Shown here: piece by piece, positions 1-10,802 of the stretch | Position numbering within the stretch: position 1 is the stretch's first letter | Layout: each line of letters opens with the position of its first letter | Notes under the pieces: generated by a model | Databases searched by the model: none | Seen by the model: only the letters and a program-made list of their open reading frames with translations | What the model was told of the DNA's origin: nothing | Made by a program: the position numbers and the translations under genes | Source of the DNA: Cyanophora paradoxa CCMP329 | Taxonomy: Eukaryota; Plantae; Glaucophyta | Direction of reading: 5' to 3' | Length of the DNA: 64,000 nt | Assembly: GCA_004431415.1 (NCBI GenBank) | Contig: QPMI01000106.1 | Coordinates: forward strand, 287,182 to 351,181

Positions 1-209
1 CGGGCGAGCGCCAGTCGCGGCGTAGGCCGACGGGAAGTCCAGCACGCCTCCGGGTCACCTGCGATCTAGATGAAAACTCGGTGCGGATGAGACGCCACGA
101 AGGGCGGGCGATCTTGATCGGCGAGCTTGAGTGAGCGGAGAGGAAATGCTTCATCGAACGAGCCGGTCCCGCCTGCGCGCCGGCCGCTCAGACTTCCGCA
201 CCGCTCACA

Positions 210-1370
210 GCGGGCCGCTTGGACCGCCGCGGCGTCCGCCGGCGCGCCGCTCGCCGCGCAGGTCGACGAAAGGTTTCAGCCAGGCGCCCCGAATTCACTG
301 CCAGCTGCAGAGGCTGAGGGACACCGGCGTCACTGCCAGCTGCAGAGGCTGGGGGACAGCAGACGGGGCGCGCGTCTAGCTATAGCAGCCCGAGCCGCGC
401 GCAGACGCGCGAGCTCTGATGGCTGAGGAGGGCGCACGGCGAGCTTGATCGGAGACAAGACGGGCATGCACAGCGCGCCTGTGCCGGAGCGTAGAGGAAG
501 CGCCGCGTCGAACGCGCCGGCCGCGGTGCACCTGCGCGGCGGCAGCTCGGACAACGCTTGACGCGCGAATCCGATGATCGCACGATGCCGGCGTCCCGCA
601 CCCGGCTCATCCGGCGCATCGATATCCACTCGAGTTTGATGGCGACGTCGATCGCGCGCCTTGGAGCATCCACTGCTTCTCCGGCCCCCCCCCCCCCCCC
701 CCAACTCTTCCCTCCTGGGGTATACAAGCCGGCAGTCGAATCGCTCGGACTCTCCAGCGGGTGGGGCGGGCAGACGACCAGCAAGGTCGCAGAGTGGCCC
801 AAGCGCATCCTCCACGTTCCCGGCGGCGCATGAGCGTGGGGGCCGTCGGGAGAGCGATCTGCAAGCCCGAACGCTGTTCGGCGCCTGCAAGGGAGCGGTG
901 CGTTCGCGAGAAGCGCCTCGCTTTTCGGCATCGGAGCGCTTTCTGACCGCTTCCTCGCGCAGGTCGTCTGCCTGCTCCTTTTCCAGGTCGACTTCGCCAG
1001 GTTCGCCCACGCCTCGGCGTGAATTCTGCCAAGGAGTGGAACGTACGCAGGAGGCGCTCTAAAATTGTGCTTTAAAGCGTTTGCTCATGGTGTGGCTCCC
1101 GCAGGCTGTCTGCTGGTCTCGCCTGGGCTTCGTCAACGGACGGAGTGGGCTTCTTCCGGATCCAGCAACGGATCCAGCGGTCGTGTGCGTGCTCACATGC
1201 TCCTTGATTGAAGATCTCTGTTTGCTTGCCTCGCCTGATCGCTTGCTGGGCCCTCGGTCGTGGTGCTGATTCGATCCCATTGCAGGTGCGGCGGAACTGT
1301 GGACGTGCCGCCCGCGGCCTACGACTGACGAGCAGCTGATGGCTCGCTGACGACCGGTGCGGCAAGCGTG
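210..1370 (+). promoter_or_regulatory. Shared spliced non-coding 5' leader/promoter module (copy 1), upstream of the WD40 gene
   Basis: Reverse-complement homology to ~24996-26149, ~34437-35589, ~13447-14690 and 50183-50817. GT-AG intron-like segments at 898-962, 1043-1104, ~1183-1285 and 1357-1430. No reading frame is conserved across copies, and an in-frame TGA lies just upstream of the ATG at 1481. Confidence 0.5.
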
Positions 1371-1480
1371 CCCACCAGCGCTTCTAGATCTGCTTCTAAC
1401 GATGCCGCAGTGACGCGTTCTGCTGAGCAGGCGTATTCTAGGACGGCTTCTCGGCCACCAAGAAGATCGTTTGGTGACGC

Positions 1481-4400
1481 ATGTCGCACTCCGGAACATC
1501 CAGGCCGTGGAAGATCCGCGGGCCCCGGGGTGCTGATGTCGGCCCACTACGTTCTCGTCTGGCTGGAGTCGTGACTGGATGCGGCATCACGAATGTACGT
1601 CGCGGGAATGCGCATAGAGGTGCTCTTCGCTCTCTTTGACGCTTTGATAAACAGGAGCATTCCTATGTCTTCGTTGGCGGCGAGAACGAACTCCGCGTCA
1701 CGCGCATCAGCAAGAAGGGCGAGTTCATGTCTGGACAGCATCTCCCGCATCACCACGTGATGAACTGGAGTGGTCATAAAAGCCGGCGTGGTCGCGTATG
1801 TATCGGATATTGGTTCGCATGTGCTGTACCGGTTCTTGTTCTCCGTAATCTGTTCCTCCAGGGTCCTCGACAAGGACGAAATCAGAGCCTGGATGAACGA
1901 CGGTTGCGAGCTCTCCATCAAGTTCAAGCCCAATGCAAATGGCATTGCCGACAGAATCCATGTCAGACACGATCTCGTTGGCTGGGCTTTCCCGAGGGAA
2001 TGGCAAGACGCTCTGAAGGCCGACAAGCTTGTGCTGGTACTCCTTTTCCTTCCTTTTCCGTGGACTTCTTTGCGCTGCCTCCGACATTGATCTTTTGCTC
2101 CAGAGTACTAATCGCTTCCTTTACGAGCTGAAGGGCCGTGTGACGCTCGTCAACAAGGAGGACAAGCAGCTCGAATGCATTTTCGAGGCCGTCGCGGGCG
2201 TGACGGTCACCTGCATGGCAGTCGTGAGCTTCAATTCTTTCGTGCAACCGCTGCGCGCGAGCCATGCGCTGATTTCTCGCGCAGGACGACCGCGTCGCTA
2301 CTTTCGCCACGGCAGGGCCCGCGGGATTCAAGCTTGTGATCTGGCACTCGCCGGACGAGCACTTCACCATGGACTTGGCAGCGGCCAACACGCCCATCAG
2401 CGCGATGTGTCTCGTGAAGGTGAGCCTCGTATTTCCTTCCCCGAGCACAAAGCCCGCAGCCGTCGTCTCATTTTCCGCTTGCTCGGCAGGGCGGCAGCTT
2501 CGTTCTCTTCGCAGAGGCGGGCGACACCCGCATTCGTTTGGTCGAGTTGAACGAGGAGAGCATTTGCCGCGGGTACAGGGGAATCGAAGTCTTCGACGTC
2601 GCGCGCTGCCCCGCCGCGGTCAAGAGCCTGTCGATCTCCCCCGTGAGCCGCTTCGCCGGCCGTGTCGCGGTCCTGCGGCTGCCCCTCACGCCCGACGCAG
2701 AGCGGCGGCATGATCTGCGCCGTCGACGTGAACGGAGACGCCTGGGGGTTCATCGCGGGCACCGAGGGCGCCGCCGGCCCCTTCGGCTCCGGTGCTGCGC
2801 CCCTTCCGCTGGTGCGCCGCCCCCGCCCCCTCGCCGGCGGGCAGCGCCGCCGCCGACTGCGAACTCCCCAGGGCCCCGCCCCCGTCGCCTCCACCTCGTC
2901 AGCGCCATCCAGCGCCCTCGCACTCTCCTCCGCCCCCGTCGCCTCGAGCTCGTCGGCATCCGGCGCCCTCGCCTCCGCCTCGTTGGTGCCTATCGCTGCC
3001 CGCGCCCTCGGCCCCGCCCCCGCCCCCGCCACCTCCGCCGCCCCCTCCGCCGCCCCCGCCCCCGCCCCTGCACTCGCCCCCGCCCTCGCCCCCGATCTCA
3101 CGGCATTATGCATGCAGGGCGGGAGAAAGGTTTCCGTCGGCTCCGCTGCCCGCGGCGCCCGGACCAACCTGGCCCCGCCCCTCAAGCGCCGCGCACGGAC
3201 GCCGCCGCGCCCCCGCCCAGCGCCGGTTCGCCCTATCGTTTCCACAATCGCTTTCTCAGGCTTAAGATCGCGATCGCAGGCGGTTGGTGCTGGGCGCAGC
3301 GGCGACCGGCGCCAACCGCCTGCGATCGAGTTCGGCTCCCCCGTCTCGCCGTGCTCCCCCGTCTCCCCGGATTCCTCGCCCCGCAATGAGCCCCTTCCGC
3401 TGGTGCGCGGCCCCTGCCCTCTCGCCGCCGGGTGGCGCGGCGCCGCCGACGACCGCGAATTCCTCAGTGCCCCGCACCTCCCGCCCTCGCCCCCGCCGCC
3501 AGCGCCCAGCCAGCTGCAGCCGCTGTGAGGCCCTCTGCGAGCTCCCGCTCCGCCCCCGCCCCCGCCCCCTCCGCCCCCTCCGTCCCCTCCGCCGCCCTCT
3601 CCGCCGCCCCCGCCCCGCCCCGCCCCCGCCCCGCCCCCGCCCCGCCCCCGCCCCAGCCCCGCCCCGCCCCGCCCCGCCTCCGCCCCGCCCCCTCCGCCGC
3701 CCCCGCCGTTTCCCCCGCCCTCGCCCTCGCCCTCTCCGTCGCCCCGCCGCCTCGTCGGCGGCATCCAGCGCCCAGCCCGTCTTTGCGGCTGCGGGCCCAG
3801 CCTCGCCGCTTTCCCCCGGCGGCCCGGGCGAGCCGCTGGTGCCCGCCGCTGGCATCGACGTTGCGGCGCCGGCAGCCGCGAGCTCGCCCATCGCCCGCCC
3901 CGCCTCGCCGGCCGCTGCCGTCCAGGACTCGCCGCTCGCCGGCGGCCGCCAGCTGGAGCCGCCGGCCTTGGCTGATGAGGTCGCGGCGTCGGCTCCGCCA
4001 GTCGCTGCGAGCTCGCCCATCGCCCGCCCCGCCTCGCCGGCCGCTGCCGTCCAGGACTCGCCGCTCGCCGGCGGCCGCCAGCTGGAGCCGCCGGCCTTGG
4101 CTGATGAGGTCGCGGCGTCGGCTCCGCCAGTCGCTGCGAGCTCGCCCGTCGCCCGCCCCGTCTCGCCGGCCGCTGCCGTCCAGGACTCGCCGCTCGCCGG
4201 CGGCCGCCAGCTGGAGTCGCTGGGGCCCGCCGAGGGATCGAGCGCCGTCCTGGTGCTTTGCTCCCCCCCGCAGCTCTCACCCACCTCACGCTGCGGATTC
4301 ACGGGGCAGGGGCGCGCGTCTGGCTCGCCCCGCGCCCCGGCGGCCGACGCCAACCTCCGCCTGGACCCCCGCCCCGAGGTTCGGGCCCCCGTCTATCGTT

Positions 4401-5413
4401 TTTGTACCTGCGTCTAGTGACGGCATTGCAGGTGGAGGTCGCGTCAGCCAACGCCCAAATCACCAAGTTCAAGAAGGGCCTCCAAAAGGTGCGAATGCGC
4501 GGCGCCGGGCGCGGGGCACCGATCGCGAACCGTCCCGTGGCCTCACGCCGCCGGGGGCCGGGACGGCAGATGGCGGGAATCTTCGACCTCGACGGCGAGC
4601 TGCAGCTGGGCGACAAGCTCGACGACTCCAACGCAGTCGTCGGCGCGGTCCGCGGCCCCTCTAGATCTAGATCTTGGGGCCGGGCCGGCTCCCTTGCCCC
4701 GTTGAATCTTGCCCCTCCTTCCGCAGGCGCGCCAGCTTCGGGACGGCATTGTTGCCAAGGTCCGCCCCGGCCCGGCCCGCCCGCCTGTCCTCGACCCGCT
4801 CTATCGGCCCTCCGGCGCCTCCACTGAGACCGCTGCAGATCTCCAAGCGCGAGCGCGAGCAAGCTGCGCGCGATGCAAAGCGCGCCGCGGCACGCACCGC
4901 ACTCGCCGCCGCCGCGGCCGCAACCGCCAGCGCCTCCACCAAAGCCGCCAAGGCGGCCGCCAAGGCCGCCAGCGAGGCCGCCAAGGCCGCCAGCGCGGCC
5001 GCCGATGCCGCCAGCGCGGCCGAGACCCTCAAGAAGCTCGCCGCCCCGGGGCCCGCCGAGCCCCCCGCGGCCCGCGCGCAGCCCGCCGCCGCCGCGGGGC
5101 CTCTGCGGAAGCGGGCGGCCGCGGAGGGAACCGCGCCGGCGGCCGCCCCCGGGGGCCCGTCGAGGCTTCGCAGGCACCGGCAGCGAAGCGCGCGCGGCCG
5201 CGAGCCGGCGCTGCGGCCGGCCGGGCGCCCCCGGCTCCCGCCGCCGCCCTCGGGGAGGCGAACAAGGAGAACGAGCTCGCGGGGAGCTCGGGCGAGGCCG
5301 GCGCCTCGAAAGGCCGCGCCGCCGGCGCCCCGGGCCAGGAGCAGGCCTCGAGCTCCGCCCTCCGCCCCCGGCAGCCAGCCGGAGCCGCAGCCGCGGGGGT
5401 GCCAGCGGGCTAG
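1481..5413 (+). CDS. Multi-exon WD40-like beta-propeller + Ala/Pro linker + coiled-coil tail A protein (integrity of the linker uncertain)
   Basis: Manual splicing gives MSHSGTSRPWKIRG...|EHSYVFVGGENELRVTRISKKG...W|VLDKDEIRAW...ADKLVL|STNRFLYELKGR...VTVTCMAV|DDRVATFATAGPAGFKLVIWH...PISAMCLVK|GGSFVLFAEAGDTRIRLVEL...AVKSLSISP|SGGMICAVDVNGDAWGF, which contains WD-repeat-like blades. Exon 1 differs from its paralog only by synonymous changes. 3' exons VEVASANAQITKFKKGLQK|MAGIFDLDGELQLGDKLDD...|ARQLRDGIVAK|ISKRERE... end at TAG 5411-5413. Confidence 0.6.
3878..4216 (+). repeat. 129-bp coding tandem repeat (~2.6 units; 43 aa ASSPIARPASPAAAVQDSPLAGGRQLEPPALADEVAASAPPVA)
   Basis: Near-identical units start at 3878, 4007 and 4136. 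Confidence 0.9.
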
Positions 5414-5692
5414 AGGATCTCTTCGCCTCTTTGCTTTCCATTTGCAGACCTTTGTCGACGATTCGCTTGCTCCAAGCCAATTCATGTCTTAGATTTCGCG
5501 AGACAGTTTCCCCATGCAGCTCTAGCTCCGGATTTCGCAGCTCAGCTTCGAATTTTCGCAGCTGCTCTAGTCTTTGTACAGCGATGCACAGTGCACAGCG
5601 TCCGGCTCTAGTCGTTCCGTCGACTCTGTGATGTTCAGCTTTCGTTGCTCTTTGCTGGGATGTTCTCTGTATCAGGGGTATTTAGTGCTTCA

Positions 5693-7256
5693 TCGATGTT
5701 AGTTAGGAGCACTGGCCCCCTCCACCTTCCAGTTCCTCGTGTATTCCATGCCTTCCCTGTACCTTTGATTCCGTTCCCTTTGTCGTTAGCTCTGCCTCTT
5801 CCTCCTCCATCTCTCACTGTTAGCCCTCAGGCAGTTCCGCCTCTTTATCTTCAGCGACCGTCAGACCGTATAGTTTTTGGCAGCGAGTATTTTGTGTATG
5901 GTGACGTTCCTCGTGTGTACCCTTCTCTCTCTTCTACTTCGCTATATTTGCCTCTCCCGCCTGGTTCAGCCCCATCGTCTGCCTTCCCTGTCACTACTGG
6001 CTTGCGTTTCGCCCCTCCTCTTATACTGCCGATTCCGAGTCTGCACCCGAGCTCTGCCCCTTTCCTCGTGTCGTCCCCAGTTCCTCAGATTAGTCTTCAG
6101 CCGTCCATTGTTTTACCAACTCTACAATCTCGATTCCGTTTAGACACTCCGCCAGCTTCGACTTTCCCCTCTAGTGGTGTCCTACGTTTCGCCTCTCCTA
6201 CTGTTCTACCGCCTTTGCCTCCTGCGACTACGTCTTCTAGTTCTGCTGTTAGCTCTGTCTTGTCGTCTTCGTCTAGATCTTCGTCTTCGACTGTAGTTCC
6301 TCGTGCTCGTTCTCCTTATTTGCTGCGTCCCCGTGCTCCTCGTCGTTCTAGTGTGACTAGTACTTCTGCATCGACGCCCTTGAGCTCTTCTACTCCTTCT
6401 CCTCGTGCTCGTTCTCCTTATCTTTTGCGTTCTTCTGATCGTGTCCTTTCTCGTGATCCCTCTTGATTCTGTATATATTTTGTGCTAGTTTACTGTATCT
6501 TTGATTTGTGATTGCTTTGTCGTTCCTCGTGTGTACCCTTCTCTCTCTTCTACTTCGCTATATTTGCCTCTCCCGCCTGGTTCAGCCCCATCGTCTGCCT
6601 TCCCTGTCACTACTGGCTTGCGTTTCGCCCCTCCTCTTATACTGCCGATTCCGAGTCTGCACCCGAGCTCTGCCCCTTTCCTCGTGTCGTCCCCAGTTCC
6701 TCAGATTAGTCTTCAGCCGTCCATTGTTTTACCAACTCTACAATCTCGATTCCGTTTAGACACTCCGCCAGCTTCGACTTTCCCCTCTAGTGGTGTCCTA
6801 CGTTTCGCCTCTCCTACTGTTCTACCGCCTTTGCCTCCTGCGACTACGTCTTCTAGTTCTGCTGTTAGCTCTGTCTTGTCGTCTTCGTCTAGATCTTCGT
6901 CTTCGACTGTAGTTCCTCGTGCTCGTTCTCCTTATTTGCTGCGTCCCCGTGCTCCTCGTCGTTCTAGTGTGACTAGTACTTCTGCATCGACGCCCTTGAG
7001 CTCTTCTACTCCTTCTCCTCGTGCTCGTTCTCCTTATCTTTTGCGTTCTTCTGATCGTGTCCTTTCTCGTGATCCCTCTTGATTCTGTATATATTTTGTG
7101 CTAGTTTACTGTATCTTTGATTTGTGATTGCTTTGTTGTCTTTAATATCACTACCTACGGGGGGTTCGCCCCACCGTAGTCTCTCAAAAAAAATTTGTTG
7201 TCTTTAATATCACTACCTACGGGGGGTTCGCCCCACCGTAGTCTCTCAAAAAAAAA
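5693..7256 (+). mobile_element. 5'-truncated poly(A)-tailed (non-LTR-type) retroelement insertion with internal tandem duplications
   Basis: Absent from the other inverted-repeat arm, whose empty site reads GTGCTTTCA^ATTGCG (reverse complement of ~9475-9490). Ends in a GC-rich hairpin plus A10. Carries an open Pro/Ser-rich frame to TGA 6466 with T-ending codons unlike host genes. No RT domain retained and no clear TSD. Confidence 0.7.
5905..7136. repeat. 616-bp direct tandem duplication inside the insertion
   Basis: 5905-6520 and 6521-7136 appear identical by eye. Confidence 0.95.
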
Positions 7257-7257
7257 A
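7132..7257 (+). repeat. Two tandem ~62-bp 3'-terminal units, each with the hairpin CTACGG-GGGG-TTCG-CCCC-A-CCGTAG and an A-tail
   Basis: Units start at 7132 and 7194. Hairpins at 7155-7179 and 7217-7241. A8 and A10 runs follow. Confidence 0.9.
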
Positions 7258-8955
7258 TTGCGTTTTGAAATTTCGATGTTGCTGCAGATCCTTGCCATGG
7301 CCAGCCGTAGTGTTTCGGCTGCTGCAAGCCTTGTACAGTCTCCTTCTGCGCCGCCAGCCTGGCGGCCGCTAGTCGCGCGGCCCGGCCCCGTCGCTTGTTC
7401 CCGTGATTATGACTAGAGCCCCAGCCCCTGGCCCCAACCTTTAAGATGCGTGTGGCATGCAGGTCCAAGATCAGGCAGAGTTCGAGGAGTAGGAATACCA
7501 GCTGCAGGTCGATTTGGATTTGCGAAGGCGTAGAACCACTTTTGAGCTTATAATTAGCTATAGATCTAAAACTTCGAGAGACAGCTGTTTGAGCTTCTAT
7601 CAAGGACTTCGAAAGACAGATCTAGCTGTAGAGCTCAAGTGCAGTTTCAGCTCGGAGATCTAGACTAGCTATATAGTTGTAGATAGCCCCAGACCGTAGC
7701 ACCTAGATACCGATACCGATACCGATACCGCCGGGAAGATGCATCGAAGCTAGCGAGCTTCGAGGCTCCAGATCCCCTATTGCGACCGCGGCCGCGCGGA
7801 ATCGAACCCAATCATTTTGGCACGTGTCAGGGCCTGAATTCGAAGCCTCGGACGTTGACGCAGAGCCTCTAAATAAAATCGCGAGAATAGCCTCGCGACC
7901 CCCTCCTCCCCTCGAACCGCAGCTGCAGGGCTTGGAGCAAGAATTAAATTGCGGTAATCCGAAGTTCGGATCATCGGGTTTTCCGAGTACTAGTTTGCAA
8001 TTGGAAATTAAATGTAAACCGGTACCGTGGTTTTCAAAACCTCACCCGGTCCAAAACAAGCCAATTAATTGCAACTTCCTTAATTCGAAGGTGAACGCTT
8101 AAAGGGAGTCTTTGGCAAGATCTAGAGCTGAGGCGTGCAACGACTCTCAGTCCTTGACTATGGCTCACTGAGTCAGTAACTCATGATCAGTGACTTGTGC
8201 TTGGCGGGCTCCGCCCGCCGGCCTACCAATTTTTTACAATGAACTCCTGCCTAAGTCTATATATTCTGAGCGTTCGGCCGCGGCGGCGAAATAGCACGAG
8301 AGGGATCGCATAAATCTGAGAGGAGCGAGGGGGCCTCTCCTCTTCCCCATTATCCCTCTCATCCCTCTCAGCTCCATCCCGGAGGCGTACGCGGCGTGCC
8401 CCGGGCCCGCCGGCGCGGCCGTCGCCCCCGCCCCGGCCCCCGCCCGCCCATGGCCAGCTGCAGGCCCCAGCTCGCGCCTCATGATCAGGTGCCCGCGAGG
8501 CGGCACGCCCCTCCCCGCCCATACTGCGCGCCCCTCTCACCGGCGCAGCAGGGAGCTATATATATGCCGATTGAGGCACGAGGAAGTCTGGTCCCCAATC
8601 CCTGCATCCCCTCCCCCTCCCGCCGGGGCGCGACTTCGCCCTCTTCCCCCCCTCCCCCCCCCTTCAAACCCCCCCTCCTCCCCCTTCAACCCCCCCCCCT
8701 TCTCCTCCCCCCTTCAAACCCCTACGGATCCTGCCCCGCCCCCCTCCCCCCTCCGTCCATCGCCAACCCCGTCGCTCCAGACCGTCGTTGCGCGGCGCGG
8801 GCTGCTCGGCCCTACGATCGTGAGCTCGCGGACGTCGACCCTACGTATACGGCCCGGGCACCGTCTGAAGATTGACGCGGTGGACGGCGTGCGCCCCCGG
8901 CCACGCCAGGGGCTAATTCATCGACATCGATCTCATGCTGATGCGATGATGGGCT

Positions 8956-10802
8956 ATAGGGGATCTGGAGCCTCGGAGCTCGCTAGCTTCGATGCATCTT
9001 CCCGGCGGTATCGGTATCGGTATCGGTATCTAGGCGCTACGGTCTGGGGCTATCTACAACTATATAGCTAGTCTAGATCTCCGAGCTGAAACTGCACTTG
9101 AGCTCTACAGCTAGATCTGTCTTTCGAAGTCCTTGATAGAAGCTCAAACAGCTGTCTCTCGAAGTTTTAGATCTATAGCTAATTATAAGCTCAAAAGTGG
9201 TTCTACGCCTTCGCAAATCCAAATCGACCTGCAGCTGGTATTCCTACTCCTCGAACTCTGCCTGATCTTGGACCTGCATGCCACACGCATCTTAAAGGGG
9301 GGCCAGGGGCTGGGGCTCTAGTCATAATCACGGGAACAAGCGACGGGGCCGGGCCGCGCGACTAGCGGCCGCCAGGCTGGCGCAGAAGGAGACTGTACAA
9401 GGCTTGCAGCAGCCGAAACACTACGGCTGGCCATATGCATGGCAAGGATCTGCAGCAACATCGAAATTTCAAAACGCAATTGAAAGCACTAAATACCCCT
9501 GATACAGAGAACATCCCAGCAAAGAGCAACGAAAGCTGAACATCACAGAGTCGACGGAACGACTAGAGCCGGACGCTGTGCACTGTGCATCGCTGTACAA
9601 AGACTAGAGCAGCTGCGAAAATTCGAAGCTGAGCTGCGAAATCCGGAGCTAGAGCTGCATGGGGAAACTGTCTCGCGAAATCTAAGACATGAATTGGCTT
9701 GGAGCAAGCGAATCGTCGACAAAGGTCTGCAAATGGAAAGCAAAGAGGCGAAGAGATCCTCTAGCCCGCTGGCACCCCCGCGGCTGCGGCTCCGGCTGGC
9801 TGCCGGGGGCGGAGGGCGGAGCTCGAGGCCTGCTCCTGGCCCGGGGCGCCGGCGGCGCGGCCTTTCGAGGCGCCGGCCTCGCCCGAGCTCCCCGCGAGCT
9901 CGTTCTCCTTGTTCGCCTCCCGAGGGCGGCGGCGGGAGCCGGGGGCGCCCGGCCGGCCGCAGCGCCGGCTCGCGGCCGCGCGCGCTTCGCTGCCGGTGCC
10001 TGCGAAGCCTCGATGGGCCCCCGGGGCGGCCGCCGGCGCGGTTCCCTCCGCGGCCGCCCGCTTCCGCAGAGGCCCACGGCGGCGGCGGGCTGCGCGCGGG
10101 CCGCGGGGGGCTCGGCGGGCCCGGGCGGCGAGCTTCTTGAGGGTCTCGGCCGCGCTGGCGGCATCGGCGGCCGCGCTGGCGGCCTTGGCGGCCTCGCTGG
10201 CGGCCTTGGCGGCTTTGGTGGAGGCGGCGAGCGTGGCGCGCTCCACGGCGCGCGCAGCTCGCTCCTGCTCGGCCTCCGCCTGCGACGCTGTCTGCCGGGG
10301 GCCGCGCAGGGCCGCCGCGCGCACGCCGCACCTTGCGGGCTGCCTTCCACTCGGAAATCTGCAGCGGTTTCAGCGGATCCGGAGGCGCCGGAGGCCCGAT
10401 AGAGCGGGTCGAGGACAGGCGGGAGGGCCGGGCCGGGGCGGACCTTGGCAACAATGCCGTCCCGAAGCTGGCGCGCCTGCGGAAGGAGGGGCAAGATTCA
10501 AGGGGGCAAGGGAGCCGGCTTGGCCCCAAGATCTAGATCTAGAGGGGCCGCGGACCGCGCCGACGACTGCGTTGGAGTCGTCGAGCTTGTCGCCCAGCTG
10601 CAGCTCTCCGTCGAGGTCGAAGATTTCCGCGATCTGCCGTCCGGGATCCCCGCGGGCGGCGTCGGCGTGAGGTCACGACACAGCCTGGTGCCCCGCGCGC
10701 GGCGTCGCCCATGCGCACTTCTTCGAGGCTCTTCTCGAGCTCCGCGATTTCGGCGTTGAATGATTCGACCTCCGGATCCGGATCCGCCTGCAATGCCGTC
10801 AC
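8956..10802. repeat. Right arm of the large inverted repeat
   Basis: Reverse complement of 4417-5692 plus 7257-7780. Near-identical in the non-coding part and more diverged toward 10650-10802. Confidence 0.9.

Larger units (their letters stand above)
4417..7780. repeat. Left arm of a large inverted repeat (tail-A exons + 3' flank), interrupted by the insertion at 5693-7256
   Basis: Reverse complement of 8956-10802. The inner end ...GATCCCCTAT (7780) matches ATAGGGGATC (8956). Spacer 7781-8955. Confidence 0.9.

Noticed and set aside
3971-4110. Hammerhead ribozyme suggested by CTGATGAG in the 129-bp repeat (also CTGAGGA/CTGAAG in the insertion and the minisatellite)
   Set aside because: No correctly placed stem II followed by GAAA, and no stems I/III.
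2397-4289. Long Arg/Pro/Gly/Ala-rich ORFs here and throughout 14-39 kb
   Set aside because: These are antisense or off-frame shadows of very GC-rich exons and repeats. They have no domain signal and their frames are not conserved between duplicate copies.
8202-8236. Helitron 3' end (hairpin GGCGGG-CTCCG-CCCGCC)
   Set aside because: Not followed by CTRR at the expected distance, and no matching boundary among the repeats.
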